Shown one piece after another: positions 23,887 to 34,381 of a stretch of 64,000 nucleotides of DNA (positions are counted from its first letter, which is position 1; every line of letters starts with the position of its first letter). Origin of the DNA: Pelomyxa schiedti (Eukaryota; Protista; Evosea); NCBI GenBank assembly GCA_020536535.1, contig JAHLWZ010000636.1, positions 135,427 to 199,426 on the forward strand, given 5' to 3'. The position numbers and the translations under genes are program-made. A model generated the notes under the pieces. It worked only from the letters and a program-made list of their open reading frames with translations. It made no database searches and was not told the DNA's origin.

Positions 23887-24096
23887 CTAGGAGTGGGCCT
23901 GGTGAGCAACAGTTTGAATCGCGGCCTGGAAGAAGCTGGAAACACTGGCTCCATCCATGCAGCTCACCTTTTTTTTGCAGGAGTGTGGTGTGAGGTGGGA
24001 AATGTGGGTTTGAACAGTGTTCTAGACAGACAAACCTCGAAGTAGGAGTATTTTTTGTTCTTGTCTTATGCACTTTCGTGCGTCTTCTGCTGTAAC
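23887..24096 (-). pseudogene. Remnant of the last two exons of a Rab-like GTPase domain
   Basis: cag|VTAEDARK..(frameshift)..YSYFE|gtttgt..ag|VSCMDGASVSSFFQAAIQTVAHQAHS*. Same exon boundaries as [13 protein letters not shown]|gtttgt..|VSGKD in the Rab domain at about 31043-31237. The upstream part is replaced by element A. Confidence 0.6.
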
Positions 24097-24125
24097 CTGA
24101 TGAGACCGATGAAGATGAGAAATAT

Positions 24126-25128
24126 CCAATGGGGAGCGCACTTCAAGACCCCCCCACCTTCGAAAAATTCGAAGTTTTAGAATGGAAATAAAGTTTTGTT
24201 GTTTAGCGGGTTAGGTTAGAAGACAGCGATCAGATTTGAGGAAATCCACGAAAAAAGCTGTGAAAAACGCAAAGTGGAGCGCCAATCAGGATCAACATTG
24301 CTCGAACCTATGGAGCCAGCTGCAGAGGATGCGTGGGTAAGTTGCTGCCTTTGTGGAGATGGAGGAGGAGGATTCTTTGCTGGCAGCACAGAGATTCCAA
24401 TTAGGAGCTGTTTCTGAGCACAGTGCCACCTGATATTGCATTCCAAACCAGATGAGTAGTTCTTGTGGTTAAATTTGGGATATTTGTGAGGATGTTAATG
24501 ATCTTTTGATTTGCTGCAACTTTGGCATAATATGAAAGAGCCATCAGGTGTGCTGCCTGTGAAAATCACCTATCAAACTTTGAGGGGAGATCACACTTTT
24601 TTTTGATAAAGCACTTTAGTTTGCCATTTTCCAATTCCTTGATGGAGACACTGGGTCCATAATAAATGTGGGTGACTAGAAGCACAGTTAGCCAGAACAT
24701 GATACCCTTTGCAAATCCGTTAAGAAGAATGGCAATATATGTTGCTGGTACCCAGAGTTTTTCAGCAAGAGTTTCAATCAAATCAAGAAAAAGCTGAGAT
24801 GAAGTTTGAGTGCATTGTGGTTGCACTTGGTTTGCAGGGTTTTCAGGGCATCGTGTCTTATTGTGCTCAAGAGAACAACAGATACTACATCAACCCTTTT
24901 GGGTACGAGAACACTTAACAGGGCTGCTTGACTTCCCCCTAATATTAAATCAATAAACAACACAACTTTCAGTCACCACTTTGTTGATGGCATCCATGGC
25001 ACCCTAAGTGGTTTTTCAAAAGGAAAAAAAAAAAGAGCAGATTTCTGATAACCTCCAATCTCTGGAGGGTCAGCGCTTAGCGCACTACTCATAAGTAGGT
25101 TGGTTGTTTGAGACTGTGCAGCCATTGG
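24126..25128. mobile_element. Putative non-autonomous TIR element A (CCAATGG...CCATTGG, flanked by ATAT on both sides)
   Basis: ATATCCAATGG at 24122-24132 and its reverse complement CCATTGGATAT at 25122-25132. A second copy (B) with the same termini follows. The interior holds broken minus-strand coding-like pieces. Confidence 0.6.
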
Positions 25129-25132
25129 ATAT

Positions 25133-25189
25133 GTGGCTGTGTCCCAAATCTTCCTTTCTTCAAAAAAGAAAAGGGAAGAATATGGGACA
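25133..25189. repeat. Imperfect palindrome separating elements A and B; its right arm continues after element B
   Basis: gtggctgtgtcccaaatcttcctttctt..aagggaagaatatgggaca, continuing as cacagccac at 26603, which is the reverse complement of gtggctgtg. Confidence 0.7.
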
Positions 25190-25193
25190 ATAT

Positions 25194-26598
25194 CCAATGG
25201 GGATATTGCGCACTTCTAGACCCCCCCCACCTTCGAAAAATTCGAAGTTTTAGAATGGAAATAAAGTCTAGCTTTTCAATCCCAAACCAGACGAGTAGTT
25301 CTTGTGAAATTTCAGGGCATCATGCCTTATTGTGCTCAAGAGAACGACAGATACCACATCAACCCCTTTGGGTATGAGAATGCTTAACAGGGCTGCCTGA
25401 CTTCCCCCTAATATTAAATCAATAAACAACACAACTTTCAGTCACCACTTTTGGGGGTCAAATAACTCCAATTTCTTGGTTTTTGACACAACAATGCGAC
25501 AATTTCGATTTTTTGACACAACGCTGTAGATTGTATCATTCTGCGAAATCTGTTACTAACATGTGGTCTGGAGCCAAGGTTTTAACGCTTTCGGGGTTGT
25601 TTTGGCTGAGGTGCTGTGGCAGTCTCCTTTGGAATGGGTGTCACTTGTGAAGCTGAAGGTCTGTGTTTGTGTGGCTGTTGCTGAGGAACAGCTTGTGCTT
25701 GCCTTTGAATGAAGGCACTGCTGTTTTTGTTGTTTCCATGTTTCCAGTTTTTGCAGCCCAGTCAGAGATGGCTTTCCTTTGTGCATTTGCAGATGACTTT
25801 CCTGCAATCTGTAAGTCTGTGTCAGTGAGATGCAGTGCAGCTTGTAATGTCAGCAGCAATTCAGAAAATAAATATGACCAAAGAACAGCTGCCCTGTGCA
25901 CACTTTCAGTCAATTCGTGCACAATCTTCAATCTTCTCTTTCTGTGATGCATAAAATGGTTCATTTTATGGTCTTGCTTCACCAGAGAAGAGATTACCCC
26001 TTGTGGAATTCCAATTTTCAGAAGAAAGCCTTGGTGGAGGAGGATTTGGGGTGTCAAAGATGTCGAAATGTGAAGCCAATGTTATAGTTTGGGACAATGG
26101 TGACTGTGGATGTGTGTTAGACCTCAAAACCATCATGCCACAACTTCTTATGCACTACCACATACCACAACAGTTTGCCCACAATCAAACAGGTTTTTTG
26201 TAATCAATTTAGGAGAATGATACAATCTGGTCCAGGTGCTGGAAAATTGTACTTTTTTTTTCCAGCACCCGTCTGGTTACCGCCACTTTTTGGGTTTCCT
26301 CAGTCCTAATGCCTCCTTTTTCACTGGGAACCAAGGGAAACACTGCTCACAGCTCTGTCCTACCTGCTCCCCCTGGTTCAACACGATTTTGACACCATCT
26401 GGACCAGATCCAGAATTTTCTTGTGTTTTTTGGGTAGAGTTGGTTTGACCCCCAACTTTGTTGAGGGCATCCGTGGTTTTTCAAAAGGAAAAAAAAAAAA
26501 GAGCAGATTTCTGATAACCTCCAATCTCTGGAGGGTCAACGCTTAGCGCACTACTCAAGAGTAGGTTGGTTGTTTGAGACTGTGCAGGTACCCATTGG
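25194..26598. mobile_element. Element B: internally deleted copy of element A carrying nested element C1
   Basis: ATATCCAATGGG (25190) ... CCCATTGGATAT (26602). Blocks 25194-25266, 25282-25305, 25309-25451 and 26460-26598 match A segments at about 24126-24192, 24443-24467, 24840-24982 and 24983-25128. Confidence 0.62.
25452..26454. mobile_element. Element C1: TG...CA element with 11-bp perfect terminal inverted repeats and 5-bp TSD ACTTT
   Basis: TGGGGGTCAAA...TTTGACCCCCA with ACTTT at 25447-25451 and 26455-26459. The empty site caccACTTTgttga is present in element A at 24978-24982. Confidence 0.9.
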
Positions 26599-26664
26599 AT
26601 ATCACAGCCACCCCCTTCCTCCAGAAGCTAAAGTTCTAAATAGTAAAATCCTTTGTTCGTGGAA

Positions 26665-29600
26665 ATGCAACAAAACGACGTCGTCGGCGACGAAGAGGCG
26701 CAACAACCGACCAGTACCACGACCAAGACCCGGTGCGATGTGTGCACGAGGTTGCTGGAGGATCCCGTGGCGCTGGACTGCGGCCACTTCCTCTGCTCCC
26801 TCTGCGCCGAGGCAGCCCTCGCCGGCGCCCTCGTGGCCTCGCGCTTCCCCTCTGCCCCGCGCGCCCCTCCGTCTCTTGGCGCACCTTGCACACCCCCTCC
26901 TCCCACTCCTCCTCTCGCTCCTGCCGCCTGTCCCCCAGGGACCACGGCCTCGGCCACCCCCGACTGCCCAGCACCACCACCACAGGCCTCCCTGCTGCCC
27001 CTCGCCGCGGCGGCCGCTGCTACCACAACCACCACACGCAGCGAAACCCCCGCCATGGACGACGACGAGGGCCCAGTCGAGGTCCCCCTCGCGTGCCCGC
27101 ACCAGGGCTGCAAAGGTGGTGCAACGGTCGTCCGCCTCCGCGTGACGGCAGGCAGCGGGGAGCCCCCGTCCCAGGGCTCATCCGACGCGCCCAACACGCC
27201 CATGCAGGCACCAGGAGGCCCCGAGGAGTCGCCCAGCCCGAGCCTGGCACTGAGCCGGGGAATGAGGCGGGACTCGGCCCTGGCCGGGAGTGTCCGCGAC
27301 CACATCGCCAGGGTGCGGGCGGCGCAGTCGCCGCTGTGCGAGTTCGCCGCGTGCGCCGACGACTCGCCTTCGGGGAAGTGCGAGGACGCGACTGTGAGGT
27401 GCGAGGGGTGCCGCGGCATGTGCTACTGCAGCGCGTGCTTTGGCAGGTGGCATTCTGGCTCCTCCAAGATGAAGGCTCATAAGGTAGGAGGCTACTTGTT
27501 TCATTTGCAGCTGCGAAGAGGATTGACTGTTTTTGTAGGCAACACCAATCCCCAAAGTGAAATCTCTCAAGCAATTTTGTGGAGAGCACCCAACAAAGGA
27601 ACTTGAGCTGTACTGCGCGGAATCAAACGGTGTAATATGTTCCACGTGCCACTGGTCGTCTGACAAACATACTGGTCATAGCCACATACCCCTTCACAAG
27701 TTCGTTGAATCACAAAAGGCAAGCATGAATGGTAAGTGGTGCCACCTTACATGTCGATACTGATAGTATTATGCAATGTGTTTTTACCAAGAACGTATTG
27801 AAATATTGAAATCCCATTATGGGAAGTGCGGTGCTGCCCTTTCTGCAATTTCCTCTGCCCGAAAGCAGATCCCTGTGGCATGTTCCCCCTTCAGAGTAAA
27901 AATTTCGTGTTTGACCTTGCCATATACAATAAAAGAAAGCTGAAATGAAGATTCTAGAGCTGCACAAAAAGGTTCTCGAAATGCAAAACACAACAGGTCG
28001 GTTGAAGTCACTACTTCACTCACACAAAAATTGCTAAATGAAGAACAACAGAGACAATGTTGCACCTCCAGGAGCAGGCGCTGATTTGCCACATGACTCA
28101 ACAAAGAAATCTTCTTTCGTTTTTCTCAGATTCCATGGCCAATGAGGACCATGCTGGGTTGGTGTTTGCTTCCAGGGCCATCACCAACTTTGTGGATGTA
28201 TGTCTCCCCGTATCACACATCATTCTTTGACTTCTACATGAAGTGTCTTGACCAAAATTCGAAATTGCTCCTTCCACTCTCAGTACAGCCCTCTGTTCTT
28301 GACGACATCGTTTTCCTAGAGTCTGAGAGAACCACAATTCAAAGAGAATTGTGCACACTTCTCAACACTGTCTCCAACTTGAAACAGTGAGAGTGTTGTC
28401 TGTTCCAAAACTCACTAACAATACCATACCACAACAATAAACAAGGAAACCGAAGGAGGGTTATGTCCAGTGTGTTGACTGCATGGGTGACTTCAGGATT
28501 CTGTGCCAGTCTCCACCTGGAAAAAGTTCGTTGAGACTATTTGTTGATAACCCTTTGATCCCGGTGTCATTCAAGCAGACGTTTGGGGTTCATTCGCTTC
28601 CGAAACCAGACACTCTCGACTGCTCCTCAACCATTTTCTTCGACTTCACACTCCCATCTGATGTGGAGGTCAAATTGCCAACAGACGCACAGCCTGACTT
28701 GATGGAACTGAAGGAAATTTCACCCAAGCACTTCCACCTCTGGGCCAAGCTGAAAGCAACGAACGAATTGCACGGAGTCATCAAGTTTGTGATTGGGGAT
28801 GCCACAGTTCCAAAGTTTGATGTCGTTCCGGGCCATGGTGTTGTCAATCTCCCTGCGATCATCCTCCTCGGTGTTGGTGTACTACTGCCGTTCAGTTACC
28901 TTGTAGAAGAGCCTCTACTGAAACTATTTGCCGGGCTTTCTCTTCAAGCAACGGTTATCCGAGTTGGAGCATGGAACAGCTGTGCACAGCTTGTTGTGCA
29001 CTCATCTTCACCCTGCAACTGGCTTTCTCCACTCGGTGTTGCTTTATTGGCATTTGGAGAAACAGCAGGAGAAGAAGAAACAGGCCTCCTTGACATGTCT
29101 GGGCCTGAGTTGGAGGAGATTGGCCTGCATGATGAGATTCAACGAAGATTGAAAGGCTTTCCACTTTCCTCCAAGTTCCGTGATTTGCCTCAACCTGCAC
29201 AGATTCCTCCATCTGAGGAGACTGTGAGGCCAAACGGATCCTGTGCTTCTTCTTCTTCGTTATCGTCATCAGGAGGAAGTGGAGTCGAAAGTGAACTCCG
29301 AGAAATGTTGACTCGATCGTCAGTCTTGAAACAGTTTGTTCCCTTCCTCTCCTCCTCCTCCTCTTCTCTGTTTCAAAACTCATTTTTCCCATTTTTGTCT
29401 TCTGTTCCTTCTGTGGAATGATGTCTCTCCTCTCTCCTTTTTTCCCCGATTCTGGATGATGGTGAACAGCAAGCCACTGTGTGGAAGTTTCCAGTGCATT
29501 GACATCATGTGCGACTTCCGCCCAATATGCTCCGGTTCGCACAATGCCAATCTTCAACTGTTCGTTGACAACCCAATGCTGATTGCCTCTGTGAAGCAGA

Positions 29601-31237
29601 CTTTCATGCCTCCGAGTGTCCCATCACCGGATGCCTTCTTTGAATCGTACATCTTCTTTGATGTGTCGATTCCTTCTGGGGCGTCTTCATCTTTTCTGGA
29701 AATTCCCCTTGAGCTGGAAAAGGTAATGGAGCTGAAACGCATTTCTATAACGCACTTCCTTATCTGGTGTGAACTTTCGACTGACAAGGAGGTCTGGACT
29801 GCAGTGAAGTTCGTTTTGGGGAATCCGTTCGCTGGCATAAGCAACGGCACCGTGATTCCTGGATATGGTGTTGTAGATGTCCCCGTCATCACTCTTCTAG
29901 GTGTTTCACTACTGGTGACTGCCCTTATTCCCCAAGAGCAAGTACGCTCATACTTTGTCAAAGCTGCCCCCAAAGTGGTTGTGCACCAGGTGGCCGCCCG
30001 CCACTCGACCATTGGTCAAATAACAGTGCAGCCCCTGGTTCCTTGTGCTTTTCTCTCTCCATTTGCTACTGCTCTTTGCTCGTCAAATATCGCACCTGAT
30101 ATTGAAGTGATGCCTGATGGCACCCCTCTGAAAGAACTGAAGGACTTCAAATTTCCCTTGATAATGAAGGAAAAGTTCGGAGCACCCCATCAGGAAACTA
30201 CAACCAATCTTGCGGAAGAAATTACCATACAATTACCACTCCAATCCGAGAGCCAACCTCATAGGAAACGATTGCTAAAAATCATTTTACTTGGTGAAAG
30301 CGGGTTTGTTTTCTCGTCCAGCCATCGTACTCTTTTCTCACCAAAGATGACAATTTTTTGCCTACAGGGTTGGGAAGACAACAATAATGACCCAGTGTGC
30401 TTGAATGAATCTTTATGGGTACTTATGTGCTCACCCATTTTCATAGATATGTTCAGCATAAAGTTTCTTCCGGGTACAAGGCCACAATAGGTGCCGATTT
30501 CCTTACGAAGGTGTGTACTGTTCTCTTTTCTAGGGTTTTTTTTTCCCGCGTTGTTTTACCACAAGTACAGGAAGTGGTGATGGTTGACGGATTTATTTCA
30601 ACGGCTCAGGTATTGCCTCAATTCCCTCATGATTTTTCTGCTTGAGTTCTTACGGATATTAAGATTTGGGACACAGCTGGGCAGGAACGATTCCAGTCAC
30701 TTGGGACTGCATTTTACCGAGGTTGTTCCTTTTACGATCCAGCGGAATTTTAACCAAGCACGAAAAGGTGCGGACTGTTGCGTTCTGGTATTCGACGTTA
30801 CTTGTAAACGAACATTTGAGCAACTTGATTCCTGGTGTTCTGAATTTATTGAGAAATCAGGCAAAGACGGCACAATCTTCCCGTTTTTTGTTGTTGGAAA
30901 CAAAATTGACTCACAAAACAACAGAGAGGTTTTATTTGCTCCTTTTTCAGTACCCACACGCACGCACGCACGCACGCACGCAACCTCCTCAAACTGAATA
31001 ATTATCACACACCTATCCCATGAATCGAACATTGCACAACAGGTAACAACTGAAGAAGCGCAACAATGGTGCACAAGGAAAGGACCAAACTTCCACTTCT
31101 TCGAGGTTTGTTTGCCCTGTTGCACCCACGAGTTGTTCGCAACCTCAACAAAAAACCAGGTGAGTGGCAAGGACAGCACCAACATCGACGCCCTCTTCCA
31201 GAAAGCCATGGATCTCACATTCCGATCGAATGCCTGA
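26665..31237 (+). CDS. TRIM-like RING-Bbox1-Bbox2-coiled-coil protein with two tandem unknown domains and a C-terminal Rab7-like GTPase
   Basis: [19 protein letters not shown]..(insert)..CPHQGC; B-box1 [18 protein letters not shown]; B-box2 [28 protein letters not shown]; Rab [70 protein letters not shown]. The checked junctions flanking the unknown domains splice in frame. Confidence 0.8.
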
Positions 31238-31460
31238 AAGGCCACAAAGCCAAACCAAACATCTGAAAATCACCTGCTCGAGACCCACTGGGAACCATTT
31301 AAAAGATGGGGTAAATCCTGAAAAGTTTTAACCGTCATGTGTGTTTCTTAAAAAATAAACACCCTCGAACAAAAAACCAAACAAAAAAAAACAAAAAGCG
31401 GAAACAAAGAAAGCTCAAGCACCGCGACCCGTTTCGGGTGGATAGACAACAACTACATAG

Positions 31461-34101
31461 ATGGGTAAAGATCTACGAGGGGTCGAGAGGGGCGCGTGCC
31501 GCGAAGAGGACTGCGACTGCGACGCCTACGTTCCGGACGACAACGCGAAAGCGAACAAATGCGACTACTGCGGCCACTACCCCACTCGACACGTGAATCT
31601 CTCCACGCAACCGAGATCTGCCGTCGCCTCGCAAGGTACACCCGACGCGATGGTAACCTCGCCAGCGCAGCCGCAGCAGCAAGGGGGATGCACCGCCACT
31701 AGTACCACTACTAGTAGCAGCTCTTCTGCGTTTACAGGCAGCGCGACGACTCCAGGCACCTCGGCGGCGACTTCTGCGTTTATGGGCTCCTCGGCTTCCG
31801 CGAGTTCTGCGGTTGACACGGCGGCTAAGGTGACTGCCTCTCCTATCAAAATAGACGCTCTTCCTGCTTTCTCTATGAGTAGCTCGTGGCCTTTTGCCCC
31901 TGCTGCGGTGTCTTCCCCCATGTCGGCAAGCAATGCGGGAGTACCAGTGCAATCACAACCGCAGGCCAACACCACCGCATCCACATCGACATCTGCATCT
32001 GCATCAGCCACCCCCACACCAATGCAGGGAGTGGTCAGCATGCCGACACCTACTCCTGTTCAGACCAGCCCTTCCCCAATCACCTCCACAACAACACCGA
32101 TGCAAACGACCACAGCGGCTCAAGTACCATTCATGCAGTCCCCGTCTCCTCAAACCTCTGCATTTATGACCACTAGCCCCAGTTCGGCTTCTGCATTTAT
32201 GGCACAGCCGTCTTATGCCCCCACTGGACCTGGAATGCAATCAGCTTTTATGTCGTCTCCCCCAAGTACAGCGCCACCTTCTTCAGTTCCAATTCCCTCT
32301 GCTACAATCACTACTCCATCAACTTCTCCTACAAGTCAGTGTCCAATGTGTGGGGGATACTTCCCTTGCGATAAAATTGAGGCACATGCTTCAAACTGCG
32401 ATGGCACTTCGGCCCCACCTCCATCCAGCACCCCATTAGCTTCATCGACTCCAGCATGGCCCGCAGATGCCGTGGAAAAACTTGCAGAACAACTACCAAA
32501 GGACTTCCCGAAAGCAACAATCCAAGAGATGCTCAACTCTCACCCAGTTAAGGGTGATATGGATACGGTGTTGGCTATGTTATTTGCTGCTGCAGACCAA
32601 ATGGCGAAAAGTGCACCACCACCAACTGGTATCCCTACCTTTTTTTTTTTGAAGAACCTTATTGTGAATAGTCGCAATGGACGAAGAAACAAGGAGAGTA
32701 GTTGATCAACTAACAACCCCTACCTTTGAATGTGGTGTTTGCCTTGAGACTTTTCCTGTCACTGGGTATGTTTTATTGGTTGCTAAGTTAGTCCCTGAAA
32801 ACTTTCAGAATGTACACAGTAGACTGTCCCAGTGCTCATCGCTACTGTTTTGATTGCATCTCCCGCTTTATCACAATGAAAGTAAACGAAAACGCTGAAC
32901 TCGTTTGCCCAGCAGCACAGAACACCTGTAAGCATATCCTTGGAGAGGGTGAACTCAAACAGGTAACTTCCACAATAACAATTTTGCTGATCTCTCATTA
33001 GATTGCTAAAAATGATCCAGAAGGGGGAGTCACTCCAGAAATAATTAAAAAATATGAGGACCAGCAGCTTCTTCGCGGTATACAGGTATTTATTTCTTTA
33101 AATGCTAAATTATTCGTTTACAATTACTAAACAAATAGAGTATCCCGGGTGTTATTGGTTGCCCAACCCCTCAATGTCCCAACTGGGTTGTCCCTAATGA
33201 TACTCGTACGTTTCCCTCGGAGACATTTGTTGTGCTCACTTAATCCAAGGTGCAAAGGAGCGATGTGTCTGTGGTGCATGTAAGTTTAATTTCTGTTCTC
33301 TATGCAAAAAGCTTTACCACTACCATTGTTCTTGCGCTGAGGTCGTATGGGGAGGGTGGGATGTCTTGAACTCCGACTCACAAGACTGCTAAACGCAGGT
33401 TTTCATGTATGCAGAGAGGTGGGTACAGTGGTGCACGACAGGGCGCGCACGTTACAACAGGTTGATGGCATAACCTCTTTTTCCCAAATTAATAAACTTC
33501 AAGAGGTAAATCAGAAGCACTGGCTCGAATTGCATCCCAGCGGTCTGCGATTGAAAAACGTAATACCGAGCTGAAAAAGCGCTACGAGGTTTTATTGAAA
33601 CGATTTGTTTCTCACTGACCTCCTTTAGGACATGGTTGCTGATGAAAAATTCAAAGCTGAAAATGGTCGCCACTGCCCCAAGTGCAAGCGTGTCATTGTC
33701 AAGGAGGGAGGATGTGACTCAATGGTTTGTGGTCGAGATTATCACGGCGGAAATGTGCAGGTAACTACCTACTTTGCATAGCTCTCAACACTGACCACTT
33801 CCAAAACAATTAGGATGGTTGCGGGCACCACTTCAACTGGGAATCGGCCAAGCATTACACACCCGCAGCAGCCACAACCCCCGATATCAAGCCTGTGGAA
33901 GTTGATATACCAGATATTGCCCGTGAAGTGGTGCACCAGGGAGTGTTCTGTGACAGGTGCAGGCAGGAAATTCGAGGACTACGCGTGAGTTGCCTTCACT
34001 GCCCAGCCCAAGACCTGTGTGAGAGGTGCGAAATTGAAGCAACACCCAAGCATCCACACGACCATGTGTTCAGGGTGTTTACAAGCCTCAGCGAGTACTG
34101 A
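31461..34101 (+). CDS. RBR E3 ubiquitin ligase (N-terminal Zn motif, S/T/P linker, UBZ-like finger, UBA/CUE-like helices, RING1-IBR-RING2, ZZ finger)
   Basis: UBZ CPMCGGYFPCDKIEAHASNC; RING1 CGVCLE..CPSAHRYCFDC..CPAAQNTC; IBR CPTPQC..CVCGACKFNFCSLCKKLYHYHCSC; RING2 CPKCKRVIVKEGGCDSMVC; ZZ HQGVFCDRCRQEIRGLRVSCLHCPAQDLCERC..HPHDHVF. Confidence 0.88.
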
Positions 34102-34381
34102 TACTGCACCAGCTGCCGAAACAGAGCAGAACCAACCAACCAAGATACAACCCACGAACCCACAAACCAAACCTTACTGTGTCTCTATACTGGCAACATC
34201 ACTTGCTTTTCGATGAACTTCATCTACAAATTCAGCCGTTTTTGTTGCTACACAGACGAAGGATTTGTGTCCAACCAACGGCCGTTTTCTGCACAATCGC
34301 AAACAAAAAACCCACAAAGCCAAAACCAACAGACCACAAAGACAGAGAAGACAGTTTTTCCACTGTCGTGTAGTCGGTAAA

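Noticed and set aside
25452-25462. Tn3-like GGGG termini with 5-bp TSD, suggesting a bacterial transposon
   Set aside because: The empty sites show the element ends are TG...CA with only 11-17-bp inverted repeats, unlike the 38-bp GGGG-starting IRs of Tn3.
24100-26600. Repeated blocks as a CRISPR-like array
   Set aside because: Only two copies of long blocks, no regular repeat-spacer period, no cas genes, and a eukaryotic context.
30955-30981. (GCAC)n microsatellite and the many coding trinucleotide tracts
   Set aside because: Ordinary intronic and low-complexity simple repeats.
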